This document shows, one piece after another, positions 25,390-34,999 of a stretch of DNA of 61,194 nt. The DNA is from Gammaproteobacteria bacterium (lineage in GTDB: Bacteria > Pseudomonadota > Gammaproteobacteria > DSM-16500). A program made the translations under genes and the position numbers. The number at the start of each line of letters is the position of its first letter. Positions within the stretch are counted from its first letter, which is position 1. Where the stretch lies: contig DATIJV010000108.1 in NCBI GenBank assembly GCA_035478255.1, forward strand, positions 1 to 61,194, given 5' to 3'. Below the pieces are notes generated by a model that had not been told where the DNA came from, searched no databases, and saw only the letters and a list, made by a program, of their open reading frames with translations.

Positions 25390-26844
25390 TCAAATAAAAG
25401 AATATGCAAATAACAATCTAGCGTCCCAAAGATCATAATTTTTTTGTCCAATGCTTAGATAACTCGCGCTTGCCTGAATTAATAATTTTTTTGAATATAA
25501 TGTTCTTAATCCTAACGTAAATAATCCTGACGTTTTTGGAAGACTTGCGAGAGCAAGATTGCCGCTATAAACCTGATCGTTAGATGGTCTTGTAAAGGCA
25601 TAATCAATACCAATTTCAGTATACGGCTGAATAAGAGTACCTTTTTTTGTTTTTTTCGTATAATTGCCTTCAATTTTAAATTCTGCTAATCCGAGTGCAA
25701 AATGTTCTGATTGTCGTGTAATTTGAGTCGGAATATTATTGATTGCTCCGTTAAAATCATAGGTGGGGTTTTTAAAATAAGTATAACTAATGAGTGGTTG
25801 GGGTCTGATTTGAAAACTTCCGAATTGATATAACCCCGTAGAATGCAATGTTGCATTTATTAACTTGGTAACATATTCACTATTTAGAGTAACAATAGTA
25901 TTTTTATTTTGAAACTGCCCATAATTGACAGAACCGTCAATTGCCCACTTTGGAGAAAACTGATATCCAACATACGGTCCGATTTTATAACCGCTCACAT
26001 TATTTTCTAATCCGTTATTAAACGCTGTCGTATCTAAGTGAATGGAAGATAAGGTTAAGCCGCCCACTAATTTAGTCGTAATATGACGATCAGCTCCAAT
26101 AACGAAATTAGTCGCGTCACCCGTTGTATTAACAAAATTGCGACCATCTCTGATGCCAAAATAATAATTGTCACTCCATACGTTCCAGGATTTATCTTCA
26201 TCGAGTTGTCGAGCGTGTGTAATAGGAGCAGATTGGGTGAAATTCTCTCCCCCATTATTGAGTGATTCTTGTGATACCTGTGAAGTAGGTTCAGGAATAG
26301 GATAACCTTTTTCTGGTGACCCGGGCGAGATCACAATCGGATGAGTTGGCGTTCCCGGTGACTCGGGTGGAATCACAATTGGATGTGTGGGTGTTCCTGG
26401 TGATTCAGGTGGAATTACAATCGGATGACTGGGTGTTCCTGGTGATCCGGGTGGAATTACAATCGGATGACTGGGTTCGCCAGGTTGCCAAGGTGGAAAG
26501 GGTGGGAATACGATATCACTGTTTTGATTTTGTGAATCCAGTTTTTTATTATTAGCGCTATTTATTAAATGATGTGTTCCACCATTTCCTTGTGAAACAA
26601 AAGGAGATAAGGATAATCTGAGACCTCTTTGATTTTCACTCCATTCATCAACTAATTGATTGCCCGGACCTTCAAGCTTGAATGAGCCTGCCGCATTCGT
26701 CAGGGATAGCCAGACAGATTTAGTTGAAGTGTGATTAACACCGAGAAATATCAAATTTCCTTGTAGGCCATTATCGGGAGGAGCAGCAAAACATGCAATA
26801 CTGCTTATCCATATAAGAAAAAGAGAATATCGCTTCTTAAGCAC
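25390..26844 (-). CDS. Autotransporter-type outer-membrane protein (short Pro-rich repeat passenger plus C-terminal beta-barrel)
   Basis: Signal peptide '...SSIACFA'. Four 14-aa repeats (HPIVIPPxSPGTPx). C-terminal ~270 aa of alternating beta-strand pattern ending 'LLFAYSFI'. Confidence 0.75.
   Translation of the reverse strand: MLKKRYSLFLIWISSIACFAAPPDNGLQGNLIFLGVNHTSTKSVWLSLTNAAGSFKLEGPGNQLVDEWSENQRGLRLSLSPFVSQGNGGTHHLINSANNKKLDSQNQNSDIVFPPFPPWQPGEPSHPIVIPPGSPGTPSHPIVIPPESPGTPTHPIVIPPESPGTPTHPIVISPGSPEKGYPIPEPTSQVSQESLNNGGENFTQSAPITHARQLDEDKSWNVWSDNYYFGIRDGRNFVNTTGDATNFVIGADRHITTKLVGGLTLSSIHLDTTAFNNGLENNVSGYKIGPYVGYQFSPKWAIDGSVNYGQFQNKNTIVTLNSEYVTKLINATLHSTGLYQFGSFQIRPQPLISYTYFKNPTYDFNGAINNIPTQITRQSEHFALGLAEFKIEGNYTKKTKKGTLIQPYTEIGIDYAFTRPSNDQVYSGNLALASLPKTSGLFTLGLRTLYSKKLLIQASASYLSIGQKNYDLWDARLLFAYSFI
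26315..26482. repeat. Four tandem 42-bp coding repeats (in-frame, within the autotransporter passenger)
   Basis: Units 26315-26356, 26357-26398, 26399-26440 and 26441-26482 (ggtgaYNNRggNgRaatYacaatYggatgNNtgggNgttccY). They encode the HPIVIPP(G/E)SPGTP repeats. Confidence 0.9.
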
Positions 26845-26908
26845 ATTCTATCCATGAATTAAAAGAAATACGAGTCCCATTACAGCTTAAACGATCATAA
26901 CATAATAT

Positions 26909-27084
26909 AACCTGAGTTATGGATAAGAACCCTTTTAAAACGTCGTCTTTATTGCAAGTACGGCGTTGAAAACTTAAAAAAATGAGTCATATAGAAAGTG
27001 CTACACTCCTCATTTTTTTAAGTTTTCGCCTTGTACTTACAATAAATACTTGTTTTAAAAGGGTTATTATCCATAACTCAGGTT
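26909..27084. repeat. ~176-bp imperfect palindrome (MITE-like/IS-end relic)
   Basis: Outer arms are aacctgagttatggataagaacccttttaaaac (26909-26941) and its reverse complement with one mismatch (27052-27084). The inner arms (ttattgcaagtac...aaaacttaaaaaaatgag) are also complementary with small indels. Confidence 0.8.
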
Positions 27085-27150
27085 AATATAAATGAAACAA
27101 TAACTTTTCAGATCACAGATCTCAGGGTCATAAACATCCGATTTTTTTAA

Positions 27151-27263
27151 GATGCGTTACAACTAAAAAGAGAAGGTCAACATCGCGTTTTTAATGGAAT
27201 TGCGAAAAAATCGAGATCTACTATGGGCTGGTTTTTCGGTTTAAAATTGCACTTAGTCATTAA
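27151..27263 (+). pseudogene. Internal fragment of an IS982/IS4-like DDE transposase gene
   Basis: Hand translation 'DALQLKREGQHRVFNGIAKKSRSTMGWFFGLKLHLVIN'. The '...GWF(F/Y)G(L/F)KLHL(V/I)IN' block is characteristic of IS982-type transposases (from memory). There is no start codon, and the fragment is cut off exactly at the tRNA-derived repeat. Confidence 0.6.
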
Positions 27264-27306
27264 TGGGCCCACTAGGACTCGAACCTAGGACCAAGGGATT
27301 ATGAGT
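27264..27306. repeat. att-type direct repeat DR1 (43-bp copy of the tRNA 3' half)
   Basis: tgggcccactaggactcgaacctaggaccaagggattatgagt matches 46109-46151 with one mismatch (c/t) and matches 35332-35374. Confidence 0.92.
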
Positions 27307-27358
27307 TCCAAAAATATGGGTTCTATCTATTTCTACGATTTTCTGAATTTTTCTTAAT

Positions 27359-28006
27359 ATGCTGTTATTTCAGTTATTTTTAACATATAATGCGTTCCAA
27401 TTTCTTCTAACGGAATCTAGTTATTCTTTCTACATGGATTCTACATGGAATTGGAGCCAATACCTGATTTTGCTTATTTTCACTGGGTTGCGCCGTCAAG
27501 AAGCCGCTACATTAAAATGGAATCAGATTGATTTTAAGCAAAAAACACTTACAATAGTTGATACTAAAAACCACGATTCACACACTCTTCCACTTTCCGA
27601 TTATCTCTACGATTTGCTAACGCAACGTAAAAATATCGCGACAACAGAATACGTTTTTCCAAGCAGCGGTGCTGGCGGTTATATTGTCGAACCACGCAAA
27701 CAAATGGAAAAGGTTATTCAATCCTCTGGTATTCCATTCATCATTCACGATTTGCGTAGAACTTTTATAACGATTGCTGAAGGTTTAGATATTTCAGCAT
27801 ATGCAGTTAAGCGATTAGCAAATCACAAAATGAAACAAGACATTACTTCTGGCTACATCATCACTGATGTTGAGCGATTGCGAAAACCTATGCAGCAAAT
27901 TACAGATTATTTGTTGAAGTGCATGGGAATGAAGAAATCTGTTGATGTGTTTGAAATTAAACAACATAGAAAAGGTAATTATTACAAAATATTGAATGAG
28001 GGATAA
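27359..28006 (+). pseudogene. int: Internally deleted P4-type tyrosine integrase (only the C-terminal catalytic ~180 aa retained)
   Basis: 27307-27460 parallels 35375-35529 (att-proximal non-coding leader). At 27461 it jumps to the equivalent of 36232, a deletion of ~700 bp covering the N-terminal two-fifths. The retained part includes 'HDLRRTF' and 'ANH...SGYI'. The N-terminus of the track ORF is translated leader. Confidence 0.85.
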
Positions 28007-28007
28007 A

Positions 28008-28823
28008 ATGAAAATGTGGTTTAAAATGGTCATTGGTATTGCGGTTTTGCCTTGCTTGGCTGCAGCATTATTTTTTGTGTGCCAACCCTCTTTTTCAGAA
28101 AGAAAAGCCCTTATGATGATTTATGGAAATTATGATCCTATTAATAAGTCTTCTTTATGGGTGAATATACCATTTCCTGATAAGGAAGATATCAGCAGTT
28201 ATTTTGAAAAAAGAAAAGGATTCGTCCAAGCGATATTTTTCAAATCTTATCGTGAAAATAAAAAAAATAAAATTTTTCTTTTAACAAAGACCATTCCCAC
28301 TAATATTCCTTTTGATTGTCACGCTTGTCTCCCATTAATTGGAGCCGCTGTTTTTGTGAAAAAACGAAATCATTGGCAAATTGAAGCGCAAAATCAATTT
28401 ATTATGTATGACGGTGAATATGGTGAATTTCCTGTTATGAAATTAATTGAGATTGGAAAGGATAGGTTCGGATTATCGTTGGAATTTGAGCATGGCGTTG
28501 TGAGGGATCGAGAGCTGAGCATCCTTGTCCCTTATAAAAATAGTATTGTAAATGCTTACAAAGAAGTTATTTATTATGAAAATTTTAATGACTGTGAATA
28601 TGCAAAAACGATTCCATGTGAAGCTTATACAGCGGATATTGCGTTTGATAAATCTGAAAAAGGTGATTTTTATGGTCTTCAAGTAAAAAAATTTGGGACT
28701 ATTTACAGCGATCAAAAAAGAAAAACGATGCCAGTTGATCAAAGAATTTTATATCAATTTATTAATGGAGCGTATTCAACAGTTAGTTGGGTAGGAGAAA
28801 ATTATATTCTGAAAAATAAATGA
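28008..28823 (+). CDS. Hypothetical membrane-anchored/secreted protein
   Basis: N-terminal hydrophobic segment 'MVIGIAVLPCLAAALFFVC'. No recognisable domain. Start chosen at the ATG at 28008 (gaggga RBS). Confidence 0.5.
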   Translation: MKMWFKMVIGIAVLPCLAAALFFVCQPSFSERKALMMIYGNYDPINKSSLWVNIPFPDKEDISSYFEKRKGFVQAIFFKSYRENKKNKIFLLTKTIPTNIPFDCHACLPLIGAAVFVKKRNHWQIEAQNQFIMYDGEYGEFPVMKLIEIGKDRFGLSLEFEHGVVRDRELSILVPYKNSIVNAYKEVIYYENFNDCEYAKTIPCEAYTADIAFDKSEKGDFYGLQVKKFGTIYSDQKRKTMPVDQRILYQFINGAYSTVSWVGENYILKNK

Positions 28824-28916
28824 ATTTGCTCCGCAATACATTGCTGACAAAGTAAAAAAAATCTTGAAAATGCACCTGCCAATGAATTTTAACGACTTGC
28901 TTAAAGAAAATTACAC

Positions 28917-29753
28917 ATGGACAAATTGCTTGAGAAAACCGAAGAATCATTAACATTAGACCCTAATTATAGAGAGTTTTTATCTCGTGTTAAAGCTCGT
29001 TTAAAGACGGCGCAGATAAGAGCTGCTTTAGCATCCAATAGCGAGCAAATACAATTTTATTGGGAGTTGGGCGGTGAATTGATTGAAAAACAAAAGGCTC
29101 ACAAATGGGGAGAAAGTTTTTTAACCCAGTTTTCGCATGATATGCGCACTGCCAACCCAGGTATGCAGGGTTTTTCTAAGCGAAATTTGGAGCATATGCG
29201 CCGTTTTGCTACTGTTTACCCCCGTTCTGAATTTGCGAAACAAGCTGTTTCGCAATTGCCGTGGGGACATATAGTGCGGCTTATGCAGCTGATTAAAAAT
29301 GAACCAGAAAGGAGTTGGTATGCCCAGCAGGTCATTAAAAATGGCTGGTCTCGCTCAGTGATGGAGATGCAGATTGAATCAGGACTATATGAGCGCCAAG
29401 GTATCACTAGCAATAAAATAACTAATTACCACGAACACTTACCTGCCAGTCAATCAGATTTGGCGCGAGACATTTTATAAGACCTCTACAATTTTGATTT
29501 TCTCACGATCAGTGACGAAGCGCATGAGCGTGACATTGAAAATGCACTTGTCACGCATGTGCGTGATTTTCTCATTGAATTAGGCCAAGGTTTTGCGTTC
29601 GTTGGTTCGCAAGTGCCGCTTTCAATCGATGATCAGGAATTTTTTATTGATTTACTTTTTTATCACTTACATCTTCGATGCTTTGTCGTTGTTGAACTTA
29701 AGGCATTATCGGGCTTTCCCTGGACTTCAATGTGGATCAATACCCATTTTTAA
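28917..29753 (+). pseudogene. yhcG: Disrupted DUF1016/YhcG-family (PDDEXK nuclease-fold) gene
   Basis: Collinear with the intact copy at 36755-37807. An in-frame nonsense codon at 29478-29480 (taa where the intact copy has aaa, 'ILKDPYNFDF'). Homology resumes and is then lost after '...CFVVVELKA' (~29705), so the 3' third is deleted. Confidence 0.85.
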
Positions 29754-29788
29754 TCAAAAGTGAGAAGTAAAATGGTTATTTTGATTAC

Positions 29789-30916
29789 TTAGATGATTTC
29801 TCGACTGATTTTTGCAAGTTGAGAATTGCTCTCAGTTAATAATTCACTAAATACTTCTGAAGCAGATTGGTTGCGACAAAGCGAGCTTGCCTGTCCTCCC
29901 CATAACGACATGTATTCAGGATTATTTTGTTTTTTTGATTCTTCACGGATATCTTTTACTAAAGCGCTCTGGACTGGAAAATCTAAGATAGAGAAATTTC
30001 TTTTTTCCATTTCGATAAGAAATTCATTTTTTAATGAACGTGCCATTCGACCAGTAAATACTTTTGTTAATCGAGTGCTTTCATCAGTGCTTGAAATCAA
30101 ACGTTTTCGATGTTCTGGATGAATGCTGGATTCAGGGCAGGCTAAAAATGCAGTGCCCATTTGTACTCCCGATGCACCGAGTGCAAGTGCTGCAATAATT
30201 CCGCGTCCGTCCATAATGCCGCCGGAGGCAATCACTGGAATTTTAACAGCGTCAACAACCTGAGGAACGAGAGCCATTGTTCCAATGAATGCATCATCAA
30301 TTGAAATAATTTTCAAATCGGTTCCGCGATGGCCGCCTGCTTCATAACCTTGTACCACAATGGCATCTACACCATTTTTTTCTAACAGCCTGGCTTCTCG
30401 GACGGTTGTTGCAGTTCCAATGACTTTTATTCCATGTGTTTTGATTTTTTTGATTGTCTCAATAGATAAAACGCCAAATGTAAAACTAAAAACCGGTATT
30501 TTCTCTTCCAAAATAACACTTAATTTCTCATCAAAATTAGCAGAAGGATTGATTTCAATAATTTCTTGCGGAGGTATGCCTAATTTTTTTCGAAAGTAAT
30601 TCAATGCTGCCATGGCTTTTTTTATATCTTCTTTGGAGTATGCGGGAGTCTCTGTGGGTGCAAAAAGATTAATATTAAATGGTTTATTTGTAAGGTGACG
30701 AATTTCCTTAATTTTTTGTCGAATCTGTTCAGGATCAAAAAGTGCTGCGCCAAGAGATCCTAATCCTCCTTGATTGGAAATCGCTGCAACTAAGGCAGGG
30801 CTATCAGCAAGTGCCATGGGCGCTTGTATAATGGGATGTTTTATTTTTAAATCCATTAACAATTGATTCATCTTCATTCCTGCATGTTTAAATAAATCCC
30901 TGAATATTGCTACCAT
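29789..30916 (-). CDS. Nitronate monooxygenase (NMO/2-nitropropane dioxygenase; FabK-like FMN TIM-barrel) family protein
   Basis: 'IKHPIIQAPMA', 'GGLGSLGA', 'GVDAIVVQGYEAGGHRG', 'PVIASGGIMDGRGIIAALALGASGVQMGTAF'. The true start is probably an internal Met (MKMNQL, ~30877/30871). Confidence 0.88.
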   Translation of the reverse strand: MVAIFRDLFKHAGMKMNQLLMDLKIKHPIIQAPMALADSPALVAAISNQGGLGSLGAALFDPEQIRQKIKEIRHLTNKPFNINLFAPTETPAYSKEDIKKAMAALNYFRKKLGIPPQEIIEINPSANFDEKLSVILEEKIPVFSFTFGVLSIETIKKIKTHGIKVIGTATTVREARLLEKNGVDAIVVQGYEAGGHRGTDLKIISIDDAFIGTMALVPQVVDAVKIPVIASGGIMDGRGIIAALALGASGVQMGTAFLACPESSIHPEHRKRLISSTDESTRLTKVFTGRMARSLKNEFLIEMEKRNFSILDFPVQSALVKDIREESKKQNNPEYMSLWGGQASSLCRNQSASEVFSELLTESNSQLAKISREII

Positions 30917-31126
30917 TAACCTATTTCATCACAGTATTGATATATTTCCAACGTTCTGTAGGCATGATGGATGTATAATGGGAACACTACATTTTTGCCT
31001 AATAATAATTGAATTTAGTATAATGTGAGTTCATTTAAACGCATGTTTTAATGAGCTTGTCAAAAGGATAAAAAAGATGTAATACATTTTCTTGAAAAAT
31101 CCCCTACTTGATATAAAGGAAATTAT

Positions 31127-31507
31127 ATGCATTTTACAATAGAAGAAATTATCGATTTTACCCAGACTTGGATTGTTAAAGGAGATTTAAATCCTGATAT
31201 GCTGGCGGATAATTTTCAATTTATTTCTCCATTTTGGAAATCAAATGATAAAGCTACATTTTTAGAAAAATTTTTGGATCCAACGGAATATATAAAAGTA
31301 AGTTTATCGAATATTACCAAGTTTGACCCCTATTTAAATTTTAAAGGGCTAGATGGCAAACATTTTTCGATGGTCTTGCAGTATTTCACTAAAAACGGCA
31401 GTAATGTTTGGGAAGCTGTTTTGGGAAAAGTTGAGGATGGAAAGCTTGTGGAGTTGCGTTCAATTTACGATTTGGAAGCGACTAAACATGCGCATGGATT
31501 GAAATAA
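31127..31507 (+). CDS. Small hypothetical protein (possibly NTF2/SnoaL-like fold)
   Basis: 126-aa ORF with a ggaaat RBS-like sequence upstream. The fold guess rests on size and pattern only. Confidence 0.45.
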   Translation: MHFTIEEIIDFTQTWIVKGDLNPDMLADNFQFISPFWKSNDKATFLEKFLDPTEYIKVSLSNITKFDPYLNFKGLDGKHFSMVLQYFTKNGSNVWEAVLGKVEDGKLVELRSIYDLEATKHAHGLK

Positions 31508-31626
31508 GTTGACGAACTCAGACGAAAAAATTGCACATTAACGTAAACGTTCGTAACAGTTCAGCTAAATGCACTTAGCTGAACTGAATGGTTGCGTGAA
31601 CCACCCCTACACAAGATAGGAATTTT

Positions 31627-32499
31627 TTATAATTTACCCGTTATCGCATTAATTGCATAAAGTGATCCAGATTCTGTTATAAAATAAACAATCCCTTTAT
31701 CAGCGATCGGAGCAGATCTGACATAACCATCTGCTTCAAATTTCCATTTAATGTTACCTTGTAAATCCAATGCGTAGAGGTAATCTTTAGGGTCTGCTGG
31801 GTAAGGAGGATATTCTATTGATCCAAAATAAATTGAACCATTATTGATATATGGGGGAGACGCTCTTTCTTCCGTGTTATATTGCCATTTCAACTTTCCG
31901 GTTTTTGCATTTATTGCATAAAGCACGCCTTTCTTATAATCCACACCTGTTCCGATATAGACGGTATCGTCAGAGCAAATTGGTGTATCACGCGGATCAT
32001 CAGTTGTATAAGCATATTTCCATTTTAGAGAACCCGTATTAGCATTTATAGCATATACATTTCCAAAGGAACCAGAAGCATAGACTGTGTTACCTATCAC
32101 ACATGACGCATTGGGAAAGTCTTCGTTTATATCATTGCCATCATTATTTTTTTTATGACCACCATCAAAAGTCCATTGTATCGTTCCTGTCATTTTATTT
32201 ATAGAATAAACACCATGCCCAGCAGGAGGAAAAGTAGTTTGAGAACCACCAAAAATTATATCATCGTTATATATGACACCTGGCGAAAATTTCATTTTGC
32301 TATCGACAAAATTCCACTCAATTTTTCTCGTATTTTTATTCACCGCCGTAAATACCATGTCATCTCCATAATAAAGAAGATTACCATCGATAACGATCGG
32401 TGTGCGATGCTCGTAACCATCTTTGAATTTCCAGTGTTCTTCACCGGTTAAATTATTTAAGCTATAGACCGTATTGTAAGGGGAACTTTTTTTATTCAT
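31627..32499 (-). CDS. PQQ-like/BamB-like beta-propeller repeat protein
   Basis: Repeated blades 'VY(A/S)(I/L)N..TG...W(K/Q)(F/Y)' (YAINANTGSLKWKY, YAINAKTGKLKWQY, YALDLQGNIKWKF, YAINAITGKL). No signal peptide visible. Confidence 0.75.
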   Translation of the reverse strand: MNKKSSPYNTVYSLNNLTGEEHWKFKDGYEHRTPIVIDGNLLYYGDDMVFTAVNKNTRKIEWNFVDSKMKFSPGVIYNDDIIFGGSQTTFPPAGHGVYSINKMTGTIQWTFDGGHKKNNDGNDINEDFPNASCVIGNTVYASGSFGNVYAINANTGSLKWKYAYTTDDPRDTPICSDDTVYIGTGVDYKKGVLYAINAKTGKLKWQYNTEERASPPYINNGSIYFGSIEYPPYPADPKDYLYALDLQGNIKWKFEADGYVRSAPIADKGIVYFITESGSLYAINAITGKL

Positions 32500-32512
32500 T
32501 CACTAATAATCC

Positions 32513-32656
32513 TTATGTAACCTGATAGGCCGTGTCGCGGTTGTAATATGCCAAAGCATAATACGGATCCAATCGAATGGCTTCGTTATAGTTGCTGATA
32601 GCATTTCGAAAATCGCGTTGGGCTAGAGCTGGATGCTCGAAACATATCCCTTTGAT
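32513..32656 (-). pseudogene. Start-less remnant of a TPR-repeat gene
   Basis: Hand translation '...EHPALAQRDFRNAISNYNEAIRLDPYYALAYYNRDTAYQVT*' has the TPR consensus pattern (A..Y..AI.LDP....AYYNR). No ATG, with a stop codon directly upstream. Confidence 0.4.
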
Positions 32657-32819
32657 TTATATAAACTTTTAAGGCTGGTTGGCCATTGCAAATAGCACAA
32701 CTGAGCATAACGAAGCATAACTCAATCACGAAAAAATCACGAATGGTTTTTTAGTTTCTTCTCAGAAATAGACTCTGAAGCATAGACTTTTGTTTCTCTT
32801 CAGAGTATAATTCAGAGTT

Positions 32820-34190
32820 ATGGACATTACTCAAATTTTAAAATTATCAGAGAGCAAGACTCTCGAATTTAAACAGGATCTATCCTCTCCTGAAGGTGTC
32901 TTACGTACTTTGGTTGCATTCGCCAATACTTCAGGTGGTACTTTAGTTATTGGAGTAGAGGATAAAACTCGCCATGTACGTGGAATTAGTGATCCATTGT
33001 TATTGGAAGAGCGTCTTGCAAATATTATTAGTGATAGCATCAGCCCACGATTAGTTCCTAATATTGAATTGTCTCCCTGGCGAGATACGTACATCATTTT
33101 AGTACAGATATATCCTAGTAATAATAGACCGCATTACTTAAAAAATAAGGGAGTTGAAAAAGGCACATATGTCCGTATTGGATCGACCAATCGTGTAGCC
33201 GATTCAATATTAATTAAAGAACTCAGTCGGTATACACTCTCTGAAAGTTATGATGAAGAGCCCATGCCAGCACTAAGCTCTGAAGCAATTGACTTCAGAG
33301 TGGCTTCTGAGTTGTTTTCAGAGTATCGCAAATTAAAAGTATCCGATCTTGAAACATTAAAAGTAATGACCAAATATCAAGGGCGAATGGTGCCTACAGT
33401 GGGCGGCATGATTTTGTTTGGGGAAAATCGGGAGCGTTATTTTCCAGATGCATGGATACAAGCTGGGCGTTTTAAAGGTACTCATAAAAAAGATATTTTG
33501 GACTCGCAAGAAATACGTGCTTATCCCGTCATTGCAGTAGATGAAGCTGCTAGTTTTATCAAAAAACATCTGATGCATTCAGTTGAAATTAGTGGATTGA
33601 GAAGAAAAGAGCAATGGACTATTCCCTTAATTGCAATCCGAGAAGCCATTATTAATGCGATAGTCCATGCAGATTATTCACAGCGTGGCGCACCCATTCG
33701 AATCGCAATTTTTGATGACAGAATTGAAATTGAAAATCCTGGGTTAATTCCTTTTAATCTTACATTGGATGATTTGTATCATGGAATATCTAAATTGCGA
33801 AATCCTGTTATAGGACGGATTTTTCATGAACTCAAGTTGATTGAGCGCTGGGGCAGCGGTATTAAAAGAATGATAGAAGCATGTTTAGATGCTGGTTTAG
33901 AGAAACCTTTTTTGGAAGAGATCGGAACACATTTTCGAGTAACATTTTTTACAGAAAAAAAACATGCTAAGCGTGATTTTCAATTGGATAAAATAGATGA
34001 AGCAATTTTGCGTTCATTAAAAAATGGTAAGGGATTATCAACACAACAGATTGCAGATGAAATTGATCGCTCATCAAGATCTACTCGCTCACGTTTAATA
34101 ATTTTAGTCGCGCGGGGGCTCGTTGTGGAAATAGGTTCTAGTCCAAAAGATCCCAAGCGAAAATATTATTTGGCTGAAAATCTTCGTTGA
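32820..34190 (+). CDS. AlbA_2 (Schlafen-like DNA-binding) / HATPase_c_4 / C-terminal wHTH protein ('RecG-like' putative regulator family)
   Basis: N-terminal 'ESKTLEFKQDL...LVAFANTSGGTLVIGVED' (AlbA_2 signature). Middle 'REAIINAIVHADYS...I.IFDDRIEIENPG' (ATPase-like). C-terminal HTH 'GLSTQQIADEIDRSSRSTRSRL'. Confidence 0.8.
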   Translation: MDITQILKLSESKTLEFKQDLSSPEGVLRTLVAFANTSGGTLVIGVEDKTRHVRGISDPLLLEERLANIISDSISPRLVPNIELSPWRDTYIILVQIYPSNNRPHYLKNKGVEKGTYVRIGSTNRVADSILIKELSRYTLSESYDEEPMPALSSEAIDFRVASELFSEYRKLKVSDLETLKVMTKYQGRMVPTVGGMILFGENRERYFPDAWIQAGRFKGTHKKDILDSQEIRAYPVIAVDEAASFIKKHLMHSVEISGLRRKEQWTIPLIAIREAIINAIVHADYSQRGAPIRIAIFDDRIEIENPGLIPFNLTLDDLYHGISKLRNPVIGRIFHELKLIERWGSGIKRMIEACLDAGLEKPFLEEIGTHFRVTFFTEKKHAKRDFQLDKIDEAILRSLKNGKGLSTQQIADEIDRSSRSTRSRLIILVARGLVVEIGSSPKDPKRKYYLAENLR

Positions 34191-34351
34191 GTGAATAAGA
34201 TAAATAATCCCATGTAAAAAATAATTAATCTTTTGATTGATATGAATTTTAGTTGTTGATAATCTTCAATTGGGACACTTAAGGGGCATTCAAAGGAAAA
34301 AAACAGCGAAAATAGAATAATAATTGCTCAGATTAGGCGATAGGATAGAAA

Positions 34352-34999
34352 ATGGTATTTAAAAATTCTGGTCGATATTCCGTTCCTTCCGATGAAGGCT
34401 TTGAGCCAGATTCAAACAATGAAGTGATCAAAAATTATCTGGGTGTTAAATCGAAAGAGATAATGGATGAGCTTGAGCAAAGTGAGTTGAAGCGCACTGA
34501 ATTAGAACTGGTAAAATTTTATGGCAAAGATTACCAGTTCAAAGCCGAGGATATCTGCAATATTCATGAGCTTTGGTTGGGGGATCTCTATCCAATGGCT
34601 GGTAAGTATAGAGAAGTAAGTATGGAAAAGGGTGGTTTCCTTTTTGCTGCATCAGGACAAATAGAAAAATTGATGTTGGTTTTAGAGAAGAAGTATTTAA
34701 AAAAATATACGCCTTGCCATTTTACTGACTCCTCTCAGTTGGCTTATGCTTTGGGAATGGTGCATGTGGAGCTAATTTTGATTCATCCTTTCCGTGAGGG
34801 TAATGGTAGAGTTGCCCGCTTATTAGCTGACTTGATGGCTGCACAGGCTAATATGCCGCCGCTAAATTATATGGCGATAGATCAAATTGAAAACCCACAG
34901 GGATTTGAGCGCTACATTGAAGCAATTCATGCTGGATTTAATGGGGATTATTTGCCGATACAGAACATTTTTACTACTTTGCTACAGCAGTCTGTTTAA
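34352..34999 (+). CDS. fic: Fic-family protein (AMPylase/toxin type)
   Basis: Canonical Fic motif 'HPFREGNGRVARLL' = HxFx(D/E)GNGRxxR. 215 aa, similar in size to class I Fic. Confidence 0.9.
   Translation: MVFKNSGRYSVPSDEGFEPDSNNEVIKNYLGVKSKEIMDELEQSELKRTELELVKFYGKDYQFKAEDICNIHELWLGDLYPMAGKYREVSMEKGGFLFAASGQIEKLMLVLEKKYLKKYTPCHFTDSSQLAYALGMVHVELILIHPFREGNGRVARLLADLMAAQANMPPLNYMAIDQIENPQGFERYIEAIHAGFNGDYLPIQNIFTTLLQQSV

Noticed and set aside
26067-26555. ORFs 26067-26255(-), 26083-26265(+) and 26316-26555(+) within the autotransporter gene.
   Set aside because: They are alternative-frame or antisense readings of the 42-bp repeat and barrel region. The 484-aa frame has a signal peptide and barrel pattern.
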